From Alphaproteobacteria bacterium (GTDB lineage: Bacteria; Pseudomonadota; Alphaproteobacteria; JAAXGF01): a DNA stretch of 64,000 nt. Positions 53,399 to 62,142 of the stretch are shown piece by piece. Under the pieces are notes generated by a model that ran no database searches, was not told where the DNA came from, and saw nothing but the letters and a program-made list of their open reading frames with translations. The stretch is from the NCBI GenBank assembly GCA_963555825.3, contig CAUVXB020000002.1:448001-512000 (forward strand), given 5' to 3'. Position numbers and translations under genes: made by a program. The stretch's first letter is position 1, and each line of letters starts with the position of its first letter.

Positions 53399-54594
53399 GA
53401 CGCGGGCCCTCCGGCGGTTGGGGTTGCACGGGCCGCCCGCCACGCCGCGACCGAGCATTCGGCCGCCTCGGCGAGTGTCGCGGCAGGCACGATGTCGAGC
53501 CCCGAGTCGGCCAGGATGCGGCGGCCCTGCTCGACGTTGGTGCCGGCCAGGCGGACCACCAGGGGCACCTCGACCGGCGATGTCTCGAGCGCCTGGACGA
53601 TGCCCTCGGCGACCCAGTCGCAGCGGTTGATGCCGGCGAAGATGTTGACCAGGATCGCCTCGACGCCTTCGTCGGCGGCGACCAGACGGACCGCCTTGGC
53701 GACGCGTTCGGGCGTCGCGCCGCCGCCGATGTCGAGGAAGTTGGCGGGCTTTCCGCCGGCCTTCTCGATCATATCCATGGTCGCCATCGCGAGGCCCGCG
53801 CCGTTGACCACGCAGCCGATCCGGCCGTCGAGCCCGACGTAGGCGAGGCCGCGGTCCGAGGCGCGGGTCTCGCGCGGGTCCTCCTGCGACTTGTCGCGCA
53901 GCTCGGAGATCTCGGGCCGGCGGTAGAGCGCGTTGTCGTCGAAGGTCATCTTGGCGTCGAGCGCGACCAGCGCGCCATCGGCGGTCAGCGTCAGCGGGTT
54001 GATCTCGACCATCGTCGCGTCGAGCTCGCGGAACGCCCGGTAGCAGCCCAGGAAGGTCTCGACCGCTTGGGGAATGACCGCCGGATCGAAGCCGAGCGCG
54101 AAGGCGATCTCGCGCGCCTGGAAGGCGGGCATGCCGACGGCGGGCTCGACCGAGGTGCGGATGATCGTCTCGGGCGCTTGCGCGGCGATCCCCTCGATCT
54201 CCATGCCACCGGCCGACGAGGCGACGACCATGACGCGCTCGGTCTTGCGGTCGAGCACGAAGGCGACGTAGACCTCGCGCACGAACGGCACGGCGGCCTC
54301 GACCGAGAGCCGGTAGACGACGCGCCCGCGCGCGCCGGTCTGCTCGTTGACCAGCCGCTTGCCGAGCAGTTCGTCGGCCGCGTCCCACACCGCGTGCTCT
54401 GACTCGCACTTGATGATGCCGCCCGCCTTGCCGCGGCCGCCGGCGTGCACCTGGGCCTTGACGACCCAGCGGTTGCCGCCGATCTCGCGCGCCCGGTAGG
54501 CGGCCTGCTCGGGGCTGTAGGCGAGGCCGCGGCGCGGCACGGCGACGCCGAAGCCGGCCAGCAAGTCCTTGGCTTGGTACTCGTGAATATCCAT
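53395..54594 (-). CDS. mtkA: Malate-CoA ligase beta subunit (SucC-like)
   Basis: [18 protein letters not shown] and [15 protein letters not shown]; next to sga. Confidence 0.85.
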   Translation of the reverse strand: MDIHEYQAKDLLAGFGVAVPRRGLAYSPEQAAYRAREIGGNRWVVKAQVHAGGRGKAGGIIKCESEHAVWDAADELLGKRLVNEQTGARGRVVYRLSVEAAVPFVREVYVAFVLDRKTERVMVVASSAGGMEIEGIAAQAPETIIRTSVEPAVGMPAFQAREIAFALGFDPAVIPQAVETFLGCYRAFRELDATMVEINPLTLTADGALVALDAKMTFDDNALYRRPEISELRDKSQEDPRETRASDRGLAYVGLDGRIGCVVNGAGLAMATMDMIEKAGGKPANFLDIGGGATPERVAKAVRLVAADEGVEAILVNIFAGINRCDWVAEGIVQALETSPVEVPLVVRLAGTNVEQGRRILADSGLDIVPAATLAEAAECSVAAWRAARATPTAGGPAS

Positions 54595-54643
54595 GATTCC
54601 CCTCCTGGTCCCGCGGCCGCTTGGCCGCGGTGCGGACTCTTGG

Positions 54644-54798
54644 TTGCGCTCAATCGCCACGCAGGCCGATCTTATGGAATCAAGCCAATCTCATTGGATC
54701 AAGGTTGGCCGAACGGTCGGCGGCGCCCCTCTTGTCCCAATAAGACTGGCGCGCGCTGGTAGATTCCGATCGAGTGCGGTCGATCGAACTCCGCGCTA
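54644..54798 (-). repeat. Structured intergenic repeat, copy R8 (internal duplication, lacks the 3' hairpin)
   Basis: Starts at the TAG of sga; core GCCGACCGTTCGGCC and GGCGATTGAGCGCA. Confidence 0.88.
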
Positions 54799-56001
54799 CA
54801 CCGCGGCGGCTCGGGGCGAGACGAGTTCCACCGGGTGGGCGGTCGCGCGGTAGTACTCCTGGGCCGCGGCGACACCGCTGCCGGCCGCGACCTCGATGCC
54901 GAGATCGCGCATCGCCATCTCGGCGCCGGCCAGACCGCTCAAGACCATCAGCTCGTTGAGGTCGCCGAGGTGACCGATTCGGAACAGCTTGCCGGCGACC
55001 TTCGAGAGGCCGAGGCCGAGCGACAGGCCGTAGCGCAGGTAGGCGAGCCTGGCGACCGCGTTGCCGTCGAAGCCCTCGGGCACGCAGATCGCGCTGACCG
55101 TGTCGGAGTACCACTTGGGGTCCTTGGCGCAGAGCGCGAGACCCCAGGCGTCGACCGCGCGGCGCACGCCCTCGGCGAGCCGATGGTGGCGCGCGAAGAC
55201 GTTGTCGAGCCCCTCGCCGAGCAACAGATCGACCGAGGCGCGCAGACCGCGGATCAACGACATCGGCGGCGTGTAGGGGAAGAAGCCGTCGCGGTTGGTG
55301 CGGATCATGTCCTCGAAGTCGAAGTAGCAGCGCGGGCAGGTGGCCTCCTTGCGCGCCTCGAGCGCCTTGTCGCTGACGCACAGGATGGCCAGCCCGGCGG
55401 GCAGCATGAAGCCCTTCTGCGAGCCGGAGACCGCGACGTCGACGCCCCACTCGTCCATGCGGAAGTCGATCGAGGCGATCGAGCTGACGCCGTCGACGAA
55501 CAGCATCGCCGGGTGAACGGTGGCGTCGAGCGCGGCCCGCACGCCGGCGACGTCGCTGGTCACGCCGGTCGCGGTCTCGTTGTGGCAGACCAGCACGGCC
55601 TTGATCGCATGGTCGGTGTCGGCGGCCAGGCGCTCGGCGAAGATGTCGACCGGCACGCCCTCGCCCCATTCGACCTCGACCGCGTCGACCTCGATGCCGT
55701 GGCGCTGGCATAGGTCGACCCAGAGGTACGAGAACTGGCCGAAGACGGCGGCCAGCACCTTGTCGCCGGGCGACAGCGTGTTGGTGATCGCCGCCTCCCA
55801 GCCGCCGGTGCCCGACGACGGGAACAGGAACACCTGGCCCCGGTCGGTCTTGAAGATGCGCTTCAAATCGGCGAACAGCGGCAGGGTGAAGTCGGGCAGA
55901 TCGGGCGCGCGCTGGTCTTCCATCGCGACGTCGATGGCCTGGCGAATGGCGTGCGGCACGTTGGTCGGGCCGGGAATGAACAGGGCCGTGGTTCCGGGCA
56001 T
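54796..56001 (-). CDS. Serine-glyoxylate aminotransferase-like class V aminotransferase
   Basis: FIPGPTN, HNETATGV, VDGVSS, SGSQKG (PLP lysine) and FRIGHLG. Confidence 0.9.
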   Translation of the reverse strand: MPGTTALFIPGPTNVPHAIRQAIDVAMEDQRAPDLPDFTLPLFADLKRIFKTDRGQVFLFPSSGTGGWEAAITNTLSPGDKVLAAVFGQFSYLWVDLCQRHGIEVDAVEVEWGEGVPVDIFAERLAADTDHAIKAVLVCHNETATGVTSDVAGVRAALDATVHPAMLFVDGVSSIASIDFRMDEWGVDVAVSGSQKGFMLPAGLAILCVSDKALEARKEATCPRCYFDFEDMIRTNRDGFFPYTPPMSLIRGLRASVDLLLGEGLDNVFARHHRLAEGVRRAVDAWGLALCAKDPKWYSDTVSAICVPEGFDGNAVARLAYLRYGLSLGLGLSKVAGKLFRIGHLGDLNELMVLSGLAGAEMAMRDLGIEVAAGSGVAAAQEYYRATAHPVELVSPRAAAV

Positions 56002-56051
56002 GGTCGTTGCTCCCCCCAAGAGATAGCGTTGCGTGTGGTCGGACGGGCGCC

Positions 56052-56228
56052 TCAGGCGATGCCGTAGACCTCCTCCTCGACGCGGCGCATGGCCGAGACG
56101 AAGTCGTGGGCGCGGCGCGCCGGCGCGCCTGTGTCGGAGATGCGCAGCGTTCGGCTGCCCGCCGTGCCGGCCGGGCCGAGCTCGAGCTGGACGACGACGC
56201 GGGTGTCGGAATCGATCAGGATGGCCAT
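56052..56228 (-). CDS. Small hypothetical protein with a SucD/MtkB-like N-terminus
   Basis: MAILIDSDTRVVVQ.. (58 aa), first ORF after the LysR-divergent promoter. Confidence 0.5.
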   Translation of the reverse strand: MAILIDSDTRVVVQLELGPAGTAGSRTLRISDTGAPARRAHDFVSAMRRVEEEVYGIA

Positions 56229-56453
56229 AACTGAATTCCCCACATGTTCGACGCGGTTGATCCGGGCGCCGAAGCGTCGGGGCGTCGATCGCGCCGCTTC
56301 GGAAATGCTCCAGAGCCCGCCGAGCGTCGCCGGCCGCCACGCGGCCCGAAAGGGCTCGGCAAATACGCGGGTCTCTATAACTTTTTCATAAGACAACACC
56401 CTTCGTCTTCCCGTAAACTGCACAAATTCTCATTAATGCCATAACAAAAGGTC

Positions 56454-57368
56454 ATGGTAAGCCTGCGCGCCAAACTGCCCCCGCCGAACGCCCTGGTGAC
56501 CTTCGAGGCGGCCGCCCGGCACCGCAACTTCACCCGCGCGGCGGCCGAACTCGGCGTCACCCAGGCGGCGGTGAGCCGCCAGATCCGCACGCTCGAGGAA
56601 CACCTCGGCGTGCCCGTCTTCCGCCGCGCGCCGAAGGGCCTGCAGCTGACGCGCGACGGCCAGCGCCTCTTCCAGGCGGTCACCATGGGGCTCGAGCACA
56701 TCGCGACGACGGCGGCCGATATCCGGCGCGTGCGTAGCGACGCCGAGGTCACGGTCTCGACCAGCGTGACCTTCGCGTCCTATTGGCTGATGTCGCGCGT
56801 CGCCAAGTTCCGCGCCGCCTACCCCGACGTCGAGCTGCGCCTGGTCGCCTCGGCGCCGGTCGCCAATCTGGCGGTCGCCGGCATCGACCTGGCGGTGCGC
56901 TACGGCGACGGCCGCTGGCCCGGCGTCGAGGCGACCCATCTGTTGGACAACGAAGTCTTCCCGGTCTGCGCGCCGGGCTACCTCGAGGGCCGTCCGCCGC
57001 TCGCCGGGCCCGCCGACCTGTTGGGCGAGACGCTCTTGAACCTGGTCGAATACGACCGCAACTGGGTGACCTGGGAGGCGTGGCTGCGCGAATTCGGCGT
57101 CGTCGACAGGCCGGCGCGGCGCGGGCCCCAGTTCGACAACTACCTGATCCTGATCCAGGCGGCGCTCGGCGGCCAGGGCATCGCATTGGGCGGCGGGCGC
57201 CTCGCCGACGACTTCCTGGCGGCGGGCGCCCTGGTGCGCCCGATCGCCGCGACGCTGCGCTCGGATAGCGGCTTCTACGTCCTGGTGCCACGCGAGGTAC
57301 CGCTCAGCGAACCCGCCGCCCTGTTCCGCGACTGGGTGCTCGCCGAGGCCAAGGGCGACGCGGGCTGA
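56454..57368 (+). CDS. LysR-family regulator (GcvA-like)
   Basis: LPP.NAL..FEAAAR..NFTRAA.EL.VTQAAVSRQI. Confidence 0.93.
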   Translation: MVSLRAKLPPPNALVTFEAAARHRNFTRAAAELGVTQAAVSRQIRTLEEHLGVPVFRRAPKGLQLTRDGQRLFQAVTMGLEHIATTAADIRRVRSDAEVTVSTSVTFASYWLMSRVAKFRAAYPDVELRLVASAPVANLAVAGIDLAVRYGDGRWPGVEATHLLDNEVFPVCAPGYLEGRPPLAGPADLLGETLLNLVEYDRNWVTWEAWLREFGVVDRPARRGPQFDNYLILIQAALGGQGIALGGGRLADDFLAAGALVRPIAATLRSDSGFYVLVPREVPLSEPAALFRDWVLAEAKGDAG

Positions 57369-57463
57369 TCACGGCGCGGCGGCGGCGCCGGCGTCGTAGA
57401 GCGCTTTGGCCTCGGTCGCGGCGACCGGCGCATGGTCGTCGCGTTCGGGCTGTCACAGGCAAA

Positions 57464-57538
57464 TGGTGGGCGCGGCTGGGATTGAACCAGCGACCCCTAC
57501 GATGTCACCGTAGTGCTCTACCGCTGAGCTACGCGCCC
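57464..57538 (-). tRNA. tRNA-Val(GAC)
   Basis: GGGCGCGTAGCTCAGCGGTAGAGCACTACGGT-GAC-ATCGTAGGGGTCGCTGGTTCAATCCCAGCCGCGCCCACCA. Confidence 0.97.
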
Positions 57539-57718
57539 TCGGTGGCGCCGCGTCTGTCAGCGGCGCCCAGAACCCCGCTTGTAATGCCAAACCCGGCGGC
57601 TTTGCAAGCCCCGCTGGACCGGGTCGGCCACGCGCGCGTGACGCGCCGGCCGCACACGCGTGACAGGATAGTCGTTATGGTCTAAGCCTGAGGGATCGAG
57701 CGCGAGGATCGGCGAGAC

Positions 57719-58624
57719 ATGAGCGGCACCCCGCAGACCCCGGCCGACCCAATGGCCCAAGCGGACGGCACGGCTTTCGAGGTCCTGCGGCCGGCCGCGC
57801 AGACCGCGCCCCTGGTGCTCGCCTCGCCGCATAGCGGGCGCGACTATTCGGCCGAATTCACCGCCATCGCCCGGCTCAAGGGCGCCGCGCTGCGCCGCTC
57901 GGAGGACAGCTTCGTCGACGAGCTGTTCGCGGCCGGGCCCGGGTGCGGCGCGCCGCTCATCCGGGCGCTGTTTCCGCGCGCCTACCTCGACGTCAACCGC
58001 GAGCCCTACGAGCTCGACCCGGCGATGTTCGAAGACGCGCTGCCGCCTTACGTCAACGCGCACTCGCCCCGGGTGCGCGGCGGGCTTGGCACGATCGCCC
58101 GTGTCGTCGCCGTCGGCGCCGAGATCTACCGCGGCAAGCTGCGCTTCGCCGACGCCGCGGCGCGTATCGAGCGCTGTTACGAGCCCTATCACGCGGCGCT
58201 CGGCGCGCTGGTCCGCGCGACCGAGGCGGCGTTCGGCTTCGCCGTGCTGCTCGACTGCCATTCGATGCCCTCGATCGGCGGACCGATCGACCGCGATCCC
58301 GGGGCGGCGCGCGCCGACATCGTGCTGGGCGACCGTTTCGCGACGTCCTGCCACCCGTCGATCGCGGCGCTGGTCGAGCGTGTGCTAACGCAAGCGGGCT
58401 ATGCGGTGCGCCGCAACGAGCCCTATGCCGGCGGCTTCACCACCCAGTACTATGGCCGGCCCCATCTCGGCGTGCATGCGTTGCAGATCGAGGTCAAGCG
58501 GTCGCTCTACATGGACGAGACGCGTTTCGAGCACGGCCCGGGCTTCGCCGGCGTCGCCGCGACCATGACCCGGGTGATCGAGGCGTTGGCGGGCATGGCG
58601 CCGATGGCGCTCGCCGCCGAATAA
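57719..58624 (+). CDS. N-formylglutamate amidohydrolase
   Basis: SPHSGR, RAYLDVNR, DCHSMPS, PYAGGF and HALQIE. Confidence 0.9.
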   Translation: MSGTPQTPADPMAQADGTAFEVLRPAAQTAPLVLASPHSGRDYSAEFTAIARLKGAALRRSEDSFVDELFAAGPGCGAPLIRALFPRAYLDVNREPYELDPAMFEDALPPYVNAHSPRVRGGLGTIARVVAVGAEIYRGKLRFADAAARIERCYEPYHAALGALVRATEAAFGFAVLLDCHSMPSIGGPIDRDPGAARADIVLGDRFATSCHPSIAALVERVLTQAGYAVRRNEPYAGGFTTQYYGRPHLGVHALQIEVKRSLYMDETRFEHGPGFAGVAATMTRVIEALAGMAPMALAAE

Positions 58625-58627
58625 ACG

Positions 58628-59173
58628 ATGGCCGCGCAAGCCGCGACATCGGCTGCGCCGCGGGTTCGGCCGTCGGCGACCGGCGATCTGCCGGCGATCA
58701 CCGAGATATACGCCCATCACGTGCGCCACGGCCTCGCCTCGTTCGAGGAAACGCCGCCCGACGTCGCCGAGATGACGCGCCGCCGCGCCGCGGTGCTTGC
58801 CGCCGGCTATCGCTATCTGGTCGCCGAGCGCGACGGCCGGGTCGTCGGCTATGCCCACGCCGCGCCCTACCGGACACGCCCGGCCTACCGAAATTCGGTC
58901 GAGACCACGGTCTATGTCGCGCCCGACGGCATGCGCCGCGGGGTGGGGCGCGCGCTGCTCGCCGCGCTGATCGAGATTTGCACCGCCGAGGGCTATCGTC
59001 AGATGGTCGCGGTCGTCGGCGACACCGGCAACGACGCCTCGATCGGCCTGCACGAGGCGCTCGGCTTCGCGCGCGTCGGTCGGCTGCGGGCGATCGGCTT
59101 CAAGTTCGGCCGCTGGGTCGACAGCGTCATCTTGCAGCGCGCGCTGGGCGACGGCGACGAAACGCCGCCGTGA
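58628..59173 (+). CDS. GNAT N-acetyltransferase (phosphinothricin/MddA-like)
   Basis: ASFEETPP, RPAYR, ASIGLHEALGF and GFKFGRWVD. Confidence 0.9.
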   Translation: MAAQAATSAAPRVRPSATGDLPAITEIYAHHVRHGLASFEETPPDVAEMTRRRAAVLAAGYRYLVAERDGRVVGYAHAAPYRTRPAYRNSVETTVYVAPDGMRRGVGRALLAALIEICTAEGYRQMVAVVGDTGNDASIGLHEALGFARVGRLRAIGFKFGRWVDSVILQRALGDGDETPP

Positions 59174-59180
59174 GTGTGCG

Positions 59181-59357
59181 AGCGCATTGTCCGATCAATT
59201 GGAATCGATCGGATTATTTCAGCCCGCGCCAACCTTATTGGGACAAGAGGGGGGCCGCCGACCGTTCGGCCAGGCTTGGTCCCATAAGACTGGCATGCGC
59301 AGCGATTGAGCGCAGGTCAGCTTTACGCGAGTCAAAGATGACCGCACAGTGCTTTAG
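59181..59357 (+). repeat. Structured intergenic repeat, copy R9
   Basis: Near-complete copy closely matching R7. Confidence 0.9.
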
Positions 59358-59359
59358 GC

Positions 59360-59470
59360 AAAAAAAGAGCCGTGTCGCCGGGCGGCGACACGGCCCTAGT
59401 CAGGGAGGAATGCCCAGGACGGGCAATACGGTATTCGCGCCATCGGGAGGAAAGGCTCATACCGCAATGC
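59360..59470 (-). ncRNA. Probable alpha-r8 (suhB/MmgR-like) small RNA
   Basis: Two TTCCTCCC anti-SD motifs, a GC hairpin plus T7 terminator, and an N-formylglutamate amidohydrolase gene nearby; 5' end approximate. Confidence 0.6.
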
Positions 59471-59618
59471 AACAATAATTGCTGCGGCGCGGCTAACGCA
59501 AGGATAAACGGCGGCATACCTGACCTTGTTCTGTGACTCTGTGTCATTTTAATCACATATCGAACGACGGGACGAGCCAAATGACGCGACGCACCACAAC
59601 CCGCAGGGGCGCCCGGTC

Positions 59619-60620
59619 ATGACGCTGTTGATCACCGGCGGCGCCGGTTTCGTGATGAGCAACCTGGCGCGGCGCTGGCTGGCGCGGCGCTGGCTCGACG
59701 CCGGCCGGCCGAGCGATCTCGCCGGGCGTTTCTTCGCCGGTGTCGACGACCGGATCGAGGTGATCCGCGCCGACGTGCGTTACCCCGAGGGCTGGCACGG
59801 CTGTATCCGGGGCGGCGACATCCGCCACGTCGTGCACGGCGCGACGATCACCACGCTGCACGGCGCGGCCCGCGTGGCGCTCGCCGGCGGCGGCGAGCGC
59901 GCCGATCCGCAGGACATGCTCGACATCAACATCATGGGCACGGTGCGGCTCGTGGACTGGGCGAGCCGGCTGCCCGATCTCGAACGCTTCGTCTACGTCA
60001 GTTCCGGCTCGGTCTACGCCGACGAGGGGCCGGCGGGCGCGCCGCTGCCCGAAGACGGCACCGTCGCGCCCGACGGTTTCTATGCGATCGGCAAATATGC
60101 CTCGGAGCTGATCACGCGGCGCTTCGCCGACGAATTCGGTCTGCCCGCGCTCTCGGTGCGGCTGTCGGGCGTCTACGGGCCGATGGACCGGGTGACGGAA
60201 AGCCGTGACGTGCGTTGCGTGCCCAACCGCATCGCGCACTTGGCGCTGGCCGGCGAGACGATCCGCGTCAACGACACGGACGGTGTCGGCGACTGGATCC
60301 ACGCCGGCGACGTCGCCGAGGCGCTGCGCCTCCTGCTGAGGGCGCCGACGCCCGCGCACCCGGTCTACAACATCGCCTATGGCGAGGCCGTCACGATCGG
60401 CGCGCTGATCGAGATCGTCGCGCAGCATGTGCCGGACACGCGTTGGCGGGTGGTCGGCGACGACGACGCCAATGTCGTGCACGATGCGCAGCGCCGGCTC
60501 GGCCGCTGGGGCGCCTACGACATCGCGCGCCTTACCGACGGGCACGGTTGGCGGCCACGGCCGCTGGCCGAGGCGATGGCCGATTATATCGACTGGATCG
60601 CGGCGAACGAGAGCGCTTGA
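59619..60620 (+). CDS. NAD-dependent epimerase/dehydratase (extended SDR)
   Basis: ITGGAGFV, VSSGSVY and YAIGK. Confidence 0.85.
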   Translation: MTLLITGGAGFVMSNLARRWLARRWLDAGRPSDLAGRFFAGVDDRIEVIRADVRYPEGWHGCIRGGDIRHVVHGATITTLHGAARVALAGGGERADPQDMLDINIMGTVRLVDWASRLPDLERFVYVSSGSVYADEGPAGAPLPEDGTVAPDGFYAIGKYASELITRRFADEFGLPALSVRLSGVYGPMDRVTESRDVRCVPNRIAHLALAGETIRVNDTDGVGDWIHAGDVAEALRLLLRAPTPAHPVYNIAYGEAVTIGALIEIVAQHVPDTRWRVVGDDDANVVHDAQRRLGRWGAYDIARLTDGHGWRPRPLAEAMADYIDWIAANESA

Positions 60621-60678
60621 CGGCGCGCCGGTCACGCCCCAACTGTTCACTCACGCGCGACGACGAGGAAGATGTGAC

Positions 60679-60999
60679 GTGACGGTACAAAGCCAGATCG
60701 AGACCAAGATCATCGAGGCGCTCGCGCCGGCGCATCTCGAGGTGATCAACGAGAGCCACATGCATTCGGTGCCGCCGGGCTCGGAATCGCATTTCAAGCT
60801 GGTCATCGTCTCGGACAGCTTCGACGGCGTCGCGCGCGTCAAGCGCCACCAGACGGTCAACCGCATCCTCGCCGCCGAGCTCGCCGAAAGCCTGCACGCC
60901 TTGTCGCTCAAGACGGTAACGACCGAGGAATGGACACTGAGCGGCGGCGAAGTCCCGGCCTCGCCGCCCTGCCTCGGCGGCGGCAAGGCCGGGGGCTAG
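60679..60999 (+). CDS. bolA: BolA-family protein
   Basis: EVINESHMH.VP.GSESHFK..VS..F..RH..HAL..SPPC.GG. Confidence 0.9.
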   Translation: MTVQSQIETKIIEALAPAHLEVINESHMHSVPPGSESHFKLVIVSDSFDGVARVKRHQTVNRILAAELAESLHALSLKTVTTEEWTLSGGEVPASPPCLGGGKAGG

Positions 61000-61096
61000 G
61001 GCGCCGTTTCGCGCCACGCCCGGCGCGCTTCAATCGCCATTCAGGCGTCGCAAACTGTCATTTCCAGCCAAGATAGCGCCAATACGGTGCCGAAAC

Positions 61097-61130
61097 GGTG
61101 TCAGACACCTTGTCTATAGACGACACCATT
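61097..61130. repeat. GGTGTCAGACACC palindrome (third site) with a degenerate partner
   Basis: GGTGTCAGACACC at 61097-61109, between convergent genes. Confidence 0.65.
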
Positions 61131-61183
61131 TGTTGGACAGCATTCGTTACACCGCTCGTTGACGCGATGCGTGTCGGTTCGGC

Positions 61184-61991
61184 CTAGCCCTTGCTCCACT
61201 TGGTCGCCGGCTTCGCGACCGGCGCGCCGTCGACGGTTATCTCGTCGACGCGTTCGTTGAAGAAGCACAGATAGCCCTCGATCCGCGCGCTCTCGTGGAC
61301 CGGCGCGGGGTAGCTCCAGACGACGTCCTCGAAGGTCTCGCCGCCGGCCTCGGCCGACCAATAAACCGCCTCGCCTATAGGGGCAGCGCGTGCGCGTCTC
61401 GGTGCGCGTCAGTCGCTCCATGCGCGCATCGTCGGCCGGGATGTAGTAGCGCGTCGGCTGGCCGGTCTCGAACAGGAAGCGCGCGCGCTCGGTCTCGGCC
61501 ACCGTCTCGCCGCCGAGCACGACGCGCACCGGGCGGCGGCTGTCGAGGATGTCGATCCGCACAAGGGGGTCGCGGGCATGGACGAAGACCTCTTCGTCCT
61601 CCTCGTACCAGGCGTCGACCCGGTCCCAGTAAAACGCCATGGCGTCCTTGATCTGCGCGGTCTCGGCGAACGGGTTCTGGTAGCTCCAGACGGCATTCTC
61701 GGCGGTCTTGCCGCCGGCCTCGATCGACCAATAGGACGCGTCGCCCTTGAACGGACAGAAGCTCGAATGATCGGTGCGCGTCATCGCCTCGGTGCGCACG
61801 TCGTCGCGCGGGAAGTAGTAGACCGGGATATGCCGGGTCTCGCGCATCAGCATGACGCGCGTCGAGCAGGCGATCGTCTCACCGCCGAGCATGACGCGCA
61901 CGCGCTTGGCGCAGGGCGCGAAGTCGACGCGGTAGTCGGGGTGCTCGGCGAAGCCCGGCGCGGGCTGCCGAAGCGCTGTCATGTTGCTCAT
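61184..61991 (-). CDS. Tandem DUF427 protein with apparent frameshift near 61377
   Basis: CPFKG.ASYW..AVWSY in domain 1; domain 2 CPY|EAVYWS..VVWSYP continues in another frame to WSKG-TAG. Confidence 0.8.
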
Positions 61992-62142
61992 GGAATGGCG
62001 CCTCAAGGTTTCTCGTCAGCTCGATCAAAGCTTGGTGCTAAACGCGCCGAAAGCAAGTGCGAATCGACCCCGGCGGCTTGAGGACGGCGCGGCCGCTCCC
62101 TATGCTGCCCGACGACGAATTGGGCGAAGAGGGAGGCGACCG

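Noticed and set aside
52262-53842. Recurring peptide ADRSAGLDPIRLACAAIERRS in several ORF-track entries as a protein domain
   Set aside because: It is only the translation of the DNA repeat inside shadow ORFs; copies have indels and no consistent start or RBS.
52493-54594. Calling the pair sucCD
   Set aside because: The [11 protein letters not shown] motif and linkage to an sga-like gene fit malate-CoA ligase better, though this was not tested by search.
57464-57538. tRNA-Val as an island integration site
   Set aside because: No integrase nearby and no duplicate of the tRNA 3' end found in the window.
27112-59357. Repeat family as a CRISPR array
   Set aside because: Copies are dispersed, 150-190 bp long, not separated by regular spacers, and no cas genes are visible.
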